Source: Kudoa neothunni
Lineage: Eukaryota; Animalia; Cnidaria
Assembly (NCBI GenBank): GCA_964304625.1
Contig: OZ199839.1
Span: 1,376,221 to 1,440,220, forward strand
Reading direction: 5' to 3'
DNA length: 64,000 nt
Shown: piece after piece, positions 13,261 to 26,000 of the stretch
Layout of the letters: every line of letters begins with the position of its first letter
Position numbering within the stretch: the first letter of the stretch is position 1
Notes under the pieces: model-generated
Seen by the model: only the letters and a program-made list of their open reading frames with translations
Told to the model about the DNA's origin: nothing
Databases searched by the model: none
Translations under genes and position numbers: made by a program

Positions 13261-16131
13261 TTACGGGGGCACCATATGGCGATCTCGTAAAAGATTAATA
13301 TACGGTTGATTTTTTCCAAAATAATTACATTCTTGGAGATGGCGAGTGGCCATCCTCAAATTCATAAAAAATTTGTGGTTCATGGCATTAGCTGGTTTTA
13401 TCCGGTGTTTTGGATTGTACTACAAACAATAAAAATCAGCTAGTTATTTAGGTGTAAAAATAAAAATAATACAATACTTTTAATTGCGATAAAATGAGAT
13501 TGTTGAAATCGTCAGGCAAACTAAATAAATTTAAGGAATGATAGGTATATGATTGTTGATATAGACTGGCGTATAAGCATTTCAACATTAGGTACAAATA
13601 AAAGTAAATTACCCATTTAATAGATCGTTTATTGTTTGTTTATCGAAACACTTATTATAGTAAGCACACTTCGCAATCAATCTATTGGTAACTAATCGAA
13701 GCGTCATGACATAAATTGGTTCAAGTTTAAAATCACCTTTCATGTCATGAACGTTTTTTTGGTAGAAAGTTGTTTGTAGTAGGGGAAGAGTATCAGATGT
13801 TAACGGCCCTAAACGCTGAAAATGATTTTTTTTCATTATGACTCTCGTAATGTCGACATTACCTGGATGATCAATTTGAGCTGATTCTTTTCATTTTTCC
13901 CCTTCCACATTGGGCATCGAATCATCAATTCTACCATCAGACATCCAATACTCCTATAAATTCCGCAATTATAACTCATTATTATTTGTCAAATAGAATT
14001 GGTTACCACATATCTATTGAGGGATCGTAATTGTTGAGGCCTAACAGCACTTCGGGAGCGCGATACCTAAATTGAAATAACTTAGTCTATATAGAATTTA
14101 TTTTATTAAATAAAGAGCGTTTTAAGCCATTTTTTAAATTTTTAAATGTTCAGAAACTATGCTATATTCTATAAAATTACACAACAAAATCACAGAGCCT
14201 ATAGTTAATTTTTTAAAGTGATAATGCGAATTTCCCAAACATTGTGATAAACTTTATTGTTAAGAATACTAACAAAATAATTATTTAGTTTATGCATGAT
14301 TTTTTATTAAAATGATAAACGATATTCAACTTTGTTATTGTTGAAATTTAAAGAAATTATCATATCTTTCAATTTAGTATCAATAAAATTTATAATTGAT
14401 TACCAAAATCTTGTTTCTATTACATAATATGAGAAACATCACGCAATTATATTGTTCTCATGAATGATGAATTTTTAATTACATAAAAATTAAAGATTTG
14501 CTTTGGCAAAATTGTTGGTCATAAATATTAATTTCTTATGAGAATTAAAATGTATTAAATGAATTTTGTGCGTAAATAAAGCTACTCAGAACAATATTTA
14601 AAGGAGGTATTGATTGGGTGAATGGTGGATTATTCCAATTTTTCATACTTGACTTTAAATATTAATTTTTAATATATTTTCACTTTTTACTAAATCTTAA
14701 AGATTTATTAGATGAGAAAATTCATTTTAATTATTTGATTATTTATATTTTTACCGATTAAAATCAGGTCTACTGATCTACGCAAAGAGCCTATTATCGT
14801 TATCGTTGTTCTATTTTTGAAGTATATTACATCGAATTGAAATAAAAATTGGCAGGATCTATAAGCATAAATTCGCTCAAATGAAGGTCTTAATAAAAAT
14901 ATATTGTAAAAATACCATAATGTAACAACCATTGTGGAAAATTGAGAAATAGAAGGAACCGTCATTCTGGATAATCCTACAAATATTGCTCAGTATTTAA
15001 ACTATCCTAAACTGTCTCGAATAATAAAAATACCAAAATCGGCTATTTTAATCTCTCCATTCTCAGTTACCAATATATTCTGAGGTTTGATGTCCCTAAA
15101 AATAGTTTTAGGGAGAAAATCACCCCAAAACACACCACCATGAGTTACACATACCTATGGATGATATTTTTCCTATGGATATATTCGATACCCCTCAAAA
15201 TTTGAAATAAATATACCTTTGAAAAAATATTTGATAAAATAAAAAATTATACAATATTATAGATGATAATTTACCTTGGTGTCATTTAGACTAAGTGTAT
15301 CTGAACTATGTCTGATTATTTGCCTCAAGTCATAAGACTAATCGAATGAATAGCGCTATTGTTGTTAGTGGTAGAAAAACTTACGATGTATTCAAAAACT
15401 AAAATCAACCGGTTTTGATCATTTATCAAGTCGTGTAACATTAAAATATTTGGATGAGAAAGTTGACGTAAAATAATTACTACAAAACGTTGAAATGCTA
15501 AGAGATCTATTACGTCGTATTACTTTCTCTTAGAGCGGTACTTGGAGCCCCTTCTTCTCGTTGATATTTGATTACCTTTAGAGCAACACTTCTTTTATGA
15601 ATTCTAATTTTAAACTCATGAAATCATGAGAATATTCGACAATTCGGGTTTTACAAACTAAGTGCCTTGTAGACTTTCGCATATGTTCCCTAAAAAATAA
15701 AATACACCAACTGAGTAATTGATATCGTATTACTTCACCAATTTTACATACTATTGAATAACTGGAAAAATTCCCATATTCGTATTGATGCTAGAAATTG
15801 ACCTTATTTAAAAAACTAAAATAACTCACACACTTTATAGGTCACTGGTTGGCTGATAGATGTATATTTAATGTTATCGTTGTGGCGATGACATCGTATC
15901 CTTACTTTTGCTCCTCCCTAGATTAACACTCAATGTCTTGCTGTTTCAACTCTTCGATCATACCTGTTTTGCAGGTGTGATTGTATTGCTTAAAACCATT
16001 TCTATTTTGTCAACACTAGTATCCAGTTCTTTAAATCACGTAAACAAATATACCCATGTTATTGAGTCTGTTTTTAATGACATCTAGCAACTCGACTCAA
16101 AGAGAAATTAATTACTTAAGAGCATTTTCAT
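13261..16131 (-). CDS. Cyclin-dependent kinase, PCTAIRE/PFTAIRE (CDK14-18)-like
   Basis: Spliced motifs YGNFSSY..KIGEGTYAKVYK, VALK, EEGAPSTALRE, HRDIKPQN, DFGLSR, VVTLWYRAPEVLLG, IDMWSIGC, YNPKHRI. First and last exons uncertain. Confidence 0.9.
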
Positions 16132-17529
16132 GTGTCTGTGATAATACCGCGATAAGCTTCTTTAAACGCCAAAAATAGGTCAGAATCGATTTCAACTACA
16201 CTTTTTCTATTGAACTATGTTGAATTTAGTTATTTGATATTAAATAATTTATATTTGTTGAAACAAATTGTCTATTAATGATATATATAATTGTTTACTC
16301 ATTAATCCTCACATTAGACGATGACAAGTAAATAAAAGTCAAACTTTGATATAAGGATTAAAAAAATTATTTGTGTTTGATTTCGCTCATAAAAATTGTT
16401 TTGGTGGACGAATAAAGATATATAATGTTTTTCGCATCAATCACTTTGAATACCTAGCAAAATTCTTCAAATTCATAATATAATTACTTTGAGAGAAATT
16501 AATCAAATTTATAATTATTCATTTTAAACGTAACTTTTTATTTTTATGTTTTTAATTACAAACAACAAGATTATCCTGAAAATAAACAAATTCACATAGT
16601 ACACAGTCTCGCTCATCATATTAATAAGTATTTATGCGGGGTATCGTCACGTTTTAACAATTTAATTGCTATTTGGTCAAATTTAGCGCATATCAGTAAA
16701 TAATCGCAAAATTATTACCAAATGAGTGTATATACCAAGATAATGGAGTTTTACAGACAAATAATCCCATAATTATTTGTTTCAAATATCCCCGTATTAA
16801 ATAAAAATTTATACAAAAAAACAATACATTATTTTATTTATTTTGAGTCATCGCACATTTATAAACAGACAAGTATAACGTTTAACAGTTTCAATGTTGT
16901 GATTAACGCAATCTTTCATAAGAAGTATTTTCTTAAGGCTTATGTGCTTGAACCCGACACCGGTTCAATGAAACGTATTAATTTTACCAAAGAATTTATA
17001 AAGAGTGTGCCACGTTGATTATTTTCACATGTAAATATGAACTCTTCATTCAAGCATTCTCTAATTTAATTCATTGGATTTAAGCAAAATATTTTCCTAT
17101 ATACAATGATTATAGCTGCATAGAATTAATTATAATGAAAAATGCTTGTAGAATGTACGTAGTGAATTCTTTCTGAGTTTTCGTGATTTAAATATTTTTC
17201 AACGAGGCTGTAATTGAGCTACTTAATTTGGGAGATGGAAGAACCATTCAATAATGTAGAAAAAAATTTTTATTAAATTATTAGAGATTTATTTGTTATA
17301 AAATTTTCCTTATGTAGATATTTTTATCATGTGTTTATTATTCTTCATTTAAAATTTTTTTAAATACATGAGTGGTGCACGATTGAAGAATTTAAAAAAT
17401 AAGTATATTGAGTTTTTTATATTCATATCACAAAGATAAAATCACTCATTTTTATTATAAATCGGTTAAGTCTTATTTCTTAATGTATTATTATTATTAT
17501 TATTATTAGCTTAAGTTTCGATATTTTAA

Positions 17530-17620
17530 TCTATCTACTATATAAAATTTTTTGTCTGTCCGTGTGTGTTCACAAGTAAGCATGCGCGTTAATTTGTTGG
17601 CGAAAGAAACATATATTGAA
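17530..17620 (+). mobile_element. Helitron-like 5' terminus
   Basis: A|TCTATCTACTATATAAAA...GTCTGTCCGTGTGTG, same start as 59301 and 2389(-). Confidence 0.55.
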
Positions 17621-18544
17621 ACTTTTAATTAAAGTTATATAATTAACTAACTGTTATTAGAATGTGTGCGTTTTTCAACAGCTATGTGAGGCATATTAAT
17701 TGAAATATAGCATGTTTAATGTTGTCACGTGATTTACGAACATCGTTGAACGTTGTCTTAGAATGTGTTGCGCACTGTGCAGCGTATGAGAGAACTCAGA
17801 AGGTTATTTAAGAGTTTTCCCGTGTACATTATAGTATTTAACATAAAATAAAAATTATTAATAATGCAGTCTTAAAAATTAACTCAATAAATTTGACGAA
17901 ATATTGTAATAAACAATTAATTTAAGATGTAAAGTTTAGGTAACAAGACACTACATATAAGGTCTTAAAATTTAAAATCAGAACTGAACCAATGTTAGTT
18001 TATCTTCATTATTATTTACGATCCTATCTAGTTTAATTCAACAAATGATTTTTAAATTATCAAATATTAAACCATGTCAATGAGAGAATTGTAAATATTA
18101 TACTTGATTTTATAGATGAATGTTTTCAACTTAAGCATAAATTATCAATTGTATTATAACGTTTATTGATTCGAAAAAGGAATTTCAAGTGATTTTTAAT
18201 CTTTTTAACGTCACAACTGTCCTATTTTTTAATTATAATTTTCCCGCAAATAAATTTCAATCTCTTCGTAATTATTGAATAAAATAAAGGATTAATTAAA
18301 ATCAACCACAAAATGTTACTAATAAAAAATCTAATAAATCTTCACGAAATCTCTTTTTACTACCTTTTTGTTATGTGGCCTATTGGTAAATATAATATCA
18401 AAGGGAAAGACATCCTGTCAAATTAGTAAAAAGAAATTTTTTTATATAAACCGAAATAAAAACAACTTTTTTAAATAAAATTAAATGCTAATTTTATTTA
18501 TTAAGCCGTTTATTTCAAAATATTAAAAATACGATTCTCTATAA

Positions 18545-18700
18545 CAGGGGTCGACACCCTTTTCGGCCCAAAAAGCCACAAATATATCATAACATATACA
18601 GTAGGTAACTGATTTTCCGTAATCCCCCGGTGAACATGGAAAAGTTAGTGAGGAATGCGCCAGTGACGTATATTTCCGCAACTTTCTGCGGGTGCAAAAA
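18545..18700 (+). mobile_element. hAT MITE end with a Tigger-type MITE end inserted at 18600
   Basis: CTCTATAA|CAGGGGTCGACACCCTTTT, then TA|CAGTAGGTAACTGATTTTCCGTAATCCC, similar to the right end of the 27601-28191 element. Confidence 0.55.
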
Positions 18701-20040
18701 TAAAAAAATATATCTATTTTAAAGAAATTAATTTTATTTATACAATCATCTAGTTTTATTTAAACAATGCGTTATTTTACGCTATTTGTAATTATACTTA
18801 TAAATTATTTAATTAGAGTAATTCTAACATTATATAATTTTTAAAATCATTTAAAATCTGAGAGAATCTTGTAATATGTTATAACACTTAATGTGCGTGT
18901 GACCGGTCAACTGTTGTAGCTACGAAAATTATTGACTCACGCATTCATACTAAATTCCACTCTAGCCCAACTTAATTGTTAAATAATAAACTAGATAAAA
19001 TCATTTGATGTAGTTAGAGAGTTCTTAGTATATTTCGTTTATTTGCGTATTTTCGTATATGCATGCGGTGAGTTGGGGATTCATTGCATCCCGAAATTGA
19101 ACAGACCCACGATATATGCTAATGATTTTGTCCATGATTTTAATTTTCTGGTTAAAGTGGTTGATGTCAGATTTATGATTTCAATATTTTGTTATGTGCA
19201 CACAACAAAAAATAGGTATTTTCTGACCTAGTCATGCGTCATAACTCTTTGAGCACATTCAAATTTATTAATTCAAGTGTTGAACGATGGATATAATTTG
19301 AAATATGACACGTTTAACCTTTATTAAGATTAAATTCGTTTATTTACAAAGAAAAATTAAAATGGTTTGAAATCCTCAAATTTATGTCAACCGCGAATTT
19401 TTGCAATATGTGAGCGAACAATTGCATCTTACTGGTAAAAATAAAATTAAACTATACAAAAGTCGATTACTAAGAATTTGTTTTCATGTGACCGTATAAG
19501 GTTCTTGTTTATTTTACACTGAACACCATTTTAATCTATTTAAAAACAATTAAATTATTATTTATTAATTTTAAATATTCCAAAAAAAAAAATTAAATGC
19601 ACTTACTTTTCGGATATTGAATTAGTAATGGCGCCAACAGATTCGATTATGCACAGATATATCTACACACTTCTTCTAATAGAGAACTGCACATAAAGTA
19701 CTTTTAAAAATATCGAAATAAAAACGTGAACCACCAAATTAGTTATATATTGATGATTTTTAATCGAAAGGAAACTAAAGAGCGTTTAATCCTTCAATAT
19801 CAATATGAAAATATGTGAGCAATCTCATATTTTAATTGAAGAAATTAAAATAAATTTTATAATAAACATATTAAGCATATTGTTGATAAAACTTGTATAA
19901 GCAAATTACTAATCTAGATTTTGTGTGCGCAAGCACCAAAAAGTCCACTTAGTTGCGGGAGATTAACTTTGAGCCATTAGTTATTAGTGGTCTATAAAGT
20001 GTCACTGTCGGCGGGGAAGTGCACTATCGAAGCCTAACCA

Positions 20041-23000
20041 ATGACTGTAAAACTAGACAGAATCGAAGTTGAAAATTTCAAGTCATACCACGGGAAACAC
20101 GTGATAGGTCCATTCAAAGGTTTCACATCAGTGATTGGTCCCAATGGGTGTGGTAAATCTAATTTGATGGACGCAATAAGTTTTGTGCTTGGTGACACGG
20201 CGTCAAACCTGCGAGTCACATCTATGACAGGAGTGATACACAGTTGTTCGACAGCGGAACACGCGGGCGTATCTGCATTTTTTATCAATTCCACCGAAAC
20301 TCGCGTCTTTGAAAGAACGTATATCGCTGGCGCAGTTTAATTCACATTAGTTCCTATATTATCCATATTATCCTTATACGTATAGGATTCGAAAAAATGG
20401 AAAATGTGAATATCGTCTAAACCACCAAACAGTCACCGCCAACTTCTATCAGGAAAATTTGGAAGAATTAGGAATTGTGTTGAAAGCTCGGAATTTTCTA
20501 GTTTTACAAGTTGAATTATATTCGAGTCTATAGCTCAAAGTTTAACGAATTTTAAATAGGGCGGGATTGAATCGATTGCTTTACAGAATGCTAAGGAACG
20601 CGCTCGAATGTTTGATCGTATAAGTGGGTAAGTGTGTCTTTATTTTCGACGTAATCTTCTAATTTTCTATACCGCATTAGTTCTTATAGACTAAAAGAGA
20701 AATACGACCAATTGAAAGAAACGTTCCAAAAAACCTTAGAGCATGCTCACCAAGTGATTTCGTTGAAAAGAGTAATTGATTTATGTTGTATCCAATTTAT
20801 TCTACAATATATTTAATTAAGGGAATTGTAGCCGAAAAGAACCTAGCGAAATACGAGAAAGAAGAAGCTCAGAAATATCAAGATTATTCTAATTCGCTGG
20901 TAACCATAATTTATTAGTAGTATCTGTACAATTGTTTATAACAATGCGTTTTTATATAATAGAAATTGATGACAATGGAGCTGTATCTTTTCAAGTTGTA
21001 TCACATTGACTTGGAAGTCGAGAGATATCGAACGAGCATTATTGAAGATAAATCACAGATCGCACCCACTGTAATCTTATAACAATTTATTATTAAAAAC
21101 ACGATTTTCTGTAGTTGAAAGATTTGGAACGTTTATGCAAAGAAATATCGACCAAAAAGAACGAGTACATCAGCTGTTCGAAGGAGAAAACAGCTGTTCA
21201 ATTAGAATTACAAGAGAGCACGCGGCAAAGTGAGAGTGTACGAACAAAAATTTTGAAATGGAACACATGTGTGAAAATCTAAGCAAAATATGCCAAGAAA
21301 TGAAGTATTTGCTTGCTTTAGATTGATTGATTGATTTGTTATCGTAATAATATAATATAATATAATTTAATAATAGTTCTAAGTTATCTCAGCTAAATAT
21401 TGAATATTCCGCTGGTGTGAAAGAGTGTGAGTTGCTTGAAAAGGAACTAGCCTACACTGAGAAATGTCGTGAAAACTATAACGACGAGCATTTTGTTAAA
21501 GCGTCAATTTATGAGGATTATTCTCAGTCGGCCGATGTGAATAACCTCAATCACACTGCAGTTTATAGTTAACAATTTTAGTTGGAATATCAGCAACTCA
21601 TTGAGTCGTACAACAAAGATAATGCCGCCTCATTGGAAGAGTTGAATAAAGTTGGTCGAGATATGACTGTTTAAAGTAATACGCATGTATCTTTATAGTT
21701 GAATGAGAAGTATTCGATTATTGATAAAAATCATTCTGACATAAAACAAAAAATCAACTCCAATCTTAAGTTAATTGACTATTTGGCGAGTAAACTGTAT
21801 GTATACGTTATCAGAATAATATGAGTAATGTATTCTTCTAACATTAAGAGTTGGTATAAATGAAAAGAAACAAAAGGTTGAACAATTTATAAGGTTGCTA
21901 ACATAATTTGTTGTCATATGGGCATTCTTTTTTCCATGGTACATAACATAAGTCGGTTATTGGGTTATTTAAATTTGGATTCGACCTGAATTTTGTCGTG
22001 TCCAATAGAGAAATATTATTTATTGCATCGTTGGGTTTAATTGATTAAGTAATAATTTTTCATAAAAAGAAATGCCAAAGTTTGCTTAGATTTTTGTGTG
22101 TGAATAAATATAAATTGTTTTAATTGATGAGGTTCGAGTAAACGTTGGCCCAATAACATCCTTCCATTGATGACATCCATGGAAGATCGATTGTCCACTA
22201 TGACGGCATAACCATAAATGATTTGAATTATTGAGCGTGTTTAGTGAGAGCTTGGAAAAAATCTCAGCACTAGAAAATAATATCGAATCTAAAAGAGCGG
22301 AACATTCGTAACAAGAATTGATAGTTTGATTGTGATAACATGCGATAGTACCGACTCCATCAATCTTATAAAATCCCAACAAGAATTGGATATCGTGAAC
22401 GAAGAGATATCCAGCGCCAAATTTTCGATAAACTCTCAAGTTCAAAACGAACGAAATTTTGAGTTGACTATGTCACTAAAGAAGAATTTTGTTGGTGTGT
22501 TAGGGAGATTAGTGGATTTGTGCCAACCTTCACATAAAAAGTGAAACAGTTTGGTGTGGATTGTTGAAGTGTAAACACCATTGCTATTAGATACTCGATA
22601 GCTATCACCAAGGTCACTCAAAAATACATGGATTCATTTGTGGTTGACACTGAGATGACGGCGCGTGAATGTATCCAGTTTTTAAAAGATAGGGTAATTA
22701 GGTTGGTTAGTTGCTTTGATTATTGTTATTGTACAGCATGAACCACCTTGTCTCTTTCTACCCGTTGATTCACTCACCAGCGTTACAATTAATGAAAAGT
22801 ATCGTGAACTTGGAGGCACCTCCAAATTGCTTTTTGATGTGGTCAAATACGAACTACCCCAAATGAAAAAAATCGTCGAATTTGTGTGTGGAAATACGAT
22901 AGTTTGTGAGTCCGAGGAGGAGGCTAAACGCGTTGCTTTCCATAGTCAAAGAGAACGCAGAAAAGTAGTCACTTTAGAGGGCACCCTTTTTCTTAAATCT

Positions 23001-26000
23001 GGAGTTATTTCCGGTGGTGTAGCGTAAGGCGTTATATATTAGCGAATTAGCAAATTATCAAATCGGGAAGTTACTATTGGCCTCAATAAATTTGTAAAAA
23101 ATAATTGAATGTAGGAGATTTTAAAATATTTAATTTGTAAGGTTTTCTGTGGGTGAGAAATATTGAGATTAAATTTGTAATGGCGCATGTTTTATATACT
23201 ACGGGAGATGACAGGTCGTTCGTAAATTTTTGAAGATGTACGCGCTTTATTGTATCAAATCACACAGGGTAGAAGGAGTTGATAATTAATAAAATTTATT
23301 TGTTGTAAAAATATTCTATAATTTTGGTATTTTCAGTGTTTTTATAATTATTTAATGTACTTCGTTTTCAATATCATTAAGTGTATTCGTATTTTTTCGA
23401 CCCATGCTCGATAAGGTATTGCTTAAGTTTGCCTAAATAAGATAGGACAGTTTTAGAAATTGATATTTTCATTTTTTTATATTTGAAATAATAAATATCC
23501 CTTTTGATTTCTATTTCTGTGATATCGTCTGAATATTAATTAACTTTTATGATATTTTCATGTTCATTGGTAAGATTGTCATGTCCGATAGCCACCACGT
23601 TCGATACTATTTCATCATTGTTCTGTTCATTTATCTCATTAAAAAAAGTTGTATTCTAATTTTTAATTTTCGTTTTTATCCAAATTATCAGTAATAATAG
23701 AAATTTTTTTTGCGATTAGATTTCGCTATAACAAAAGCAATTAAAAAAAATAGTGGATTTAGTCATTGCAATCAAAAAAGTGCATTCAAAATATTAGGAG
23801 ATACAGGTTCCGTCGAAGTGTTGGTGGAAGAAATGTGGAGTTTTATCGTATATACTTTTTAGTGAAATTTAAACGATTATATTATGCCCTCATCTATGGG
23901 TCGGAGTGCTTTTGGGAAGAAAAATTAGTTTAATATTTGATTATTCCAATTTTACATGACAGTTAGTCTTGTCTAAAAACAAAAAATCATTTCTTTATTG
24001 TTTGTAAAGTATGTCATATTTTCTAAGATCAAACTGAGCTTAAATGCGCCAATTATATCATCCTTTTTATTAAAAAACAAAACAAGGTGGATATGGATGA
24101 TGCATTACAAAGTTTTGTAGTCCTTGATTTCACCTCTGCTTTTGACTGACTGTCAAAATAATTGATTATTTTTTATTCTTCGGAAATAGATCTAACATTT
24201 TTTTGTATTTTTATCTTCAATCAATAGTTTGTACAAAAAACTGGACGTTTATGTTTATTCATCCGTAATGTTACGAACCGCGAGTCAGTCTATCAAAATA
24301 AGGAAAAATACAAAAATTTGATTATTGATTATTTGAAAGCTAATATTTTCCCCCACTTAATGTGTTTATTCGAATGTGTATTTTGAGTTAAAATTTAATA
24401 ATTCATTTTCATTATAATTTCTAAGTTTTACATATTTTCAAAAGTTACGAACCACCCGTCATCGACTGTCTTCTAAGAGTAAAATTAACGTGTCAACAGC
24501 TTGTCATATTTAATTATTTTGTACCGCCGCTCGCTCTTTAAACCATAAAAAATCAAATGCAGTCGGTAATCGATTTTGCAAACTTTTTGTTAAGTTATTT
24601 AATTGTTATCATAATTCTAATGTTTCTAAAATTTATATAAACAAATATATTCAACTCAAAGTTAATTTACATTTGAAGAAATTATTTGAAATATCTGACT
24701 GTAAGCGATGCAAAATATATAATTGTGTATCACGCGGTTAACCAATTTTACACACTTTTCATGGAACCGATGGGATTGTGGAAAGTCGATTGTCTATTGT
24801 ATAAAGGATTCTTAAAAAATAAGTCTGTATATAGCTTGTAAGGGAGAGTTACGATGGCTGAAAATTATAATCACACGCGCATTGGACATGCCATTTGGGG
24901 TTAAAATTCGTCATATCTGATTATTGTTGGTTGTCATTTCACTCTATGGACAGAAAATAATTTAATATTACAAATTCTGAAAAATTACATCCGTATATAG
25001 CTTACGAGTAAAAGTGTTTTGATTCAAAACAGGCCGTGCGCGTGCGTGAATTCATATATAAATAATGATATAATTTATGAATTGAGGTTAAAATTGACAT
25101 GGCCACAACTCGCAAAAATCATAATGTGCATATCTCTTACAAACCTGTTGTAGGACATTTAGCTGGTTATATCTCATTAAACTTGGGATTATTTATTTAA
25201 AATAATATTTTGCTCTTTTTAATGATAGATGTATAACGCACAAGAATATATTATGAATATTAAAACACAGATCGGAGGGTATAAATTCTTGTATAATGTT
25301 TATTTTTATGTGAATGACCACTAATCTAATTTAAAAAAATATTGGAAATGTGAAAACTCCGCTAGTAAAGGACGTCTTATCATTTCACTTTTGTCAAATA
25401 ACTTTCTTTCAAGAAAAATGCGACCATAACCACGTTGTTACGTTTTATGATATGAATCGGGCTACTATTAACGATACAATTAAAAATGTATATATCAAAA
25501 TAATATTCAGCTAGCGGGATCTGTCTACACGCAACTTGAAATATTTTTATCAACTATAAACGCATATAATTCCGGTAAAGACCATTTTAAAAGGAAAATT
25601 TCAAATTAATATCAGAAAACAGTGACAAATTTTATTCTCAATTTTATTTAAATTTTATCTGGGATCAATTCCTAAAAAACATAATTAAACATGATAATAA
25701 TTTCAAATCGTAATGTTATTTTGCTGTAAAACTGTCTTTAATTATTACATGTCGTTGAGCGGCTAAAATTACCATGACAATAGATTGTCATGTTTAACCT
25801 TCTAAATAAAATGGGGTAGCATTCTACCCAAGTGAATTTTGCCAACAATATTATAGTGTATAAATAGAATATAACTCCTCTCCACTTATTGTGATCTTAT
25901 TTCTTTGTGAAAGCTTTCAGAAAAATGAGTAGAAATTTTTGTTCGTCATATATCAAAAAAGTTAGTGTAAGAACACCTTCCAAACAAAATTATTCAAAAT

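Noticed and set aside
20034-20294. Antisense and alternative-frame ORFs (also 3290-3523, 4015-4212, 4743-5009, 22086-22445, 31796-32044, 46198-46602)
   Set aside because: Shadows of real coding exons with no independent motifs.
21909-22208. Identification as SRP RNA, U3, RNase P/MRP, telomerase RNA or SECIS
   Set aside because: No SRP helix-8 motif, U3 box A, P4 consensus or CUAACCCU template, and an intronic position is wrong for a SECIS.
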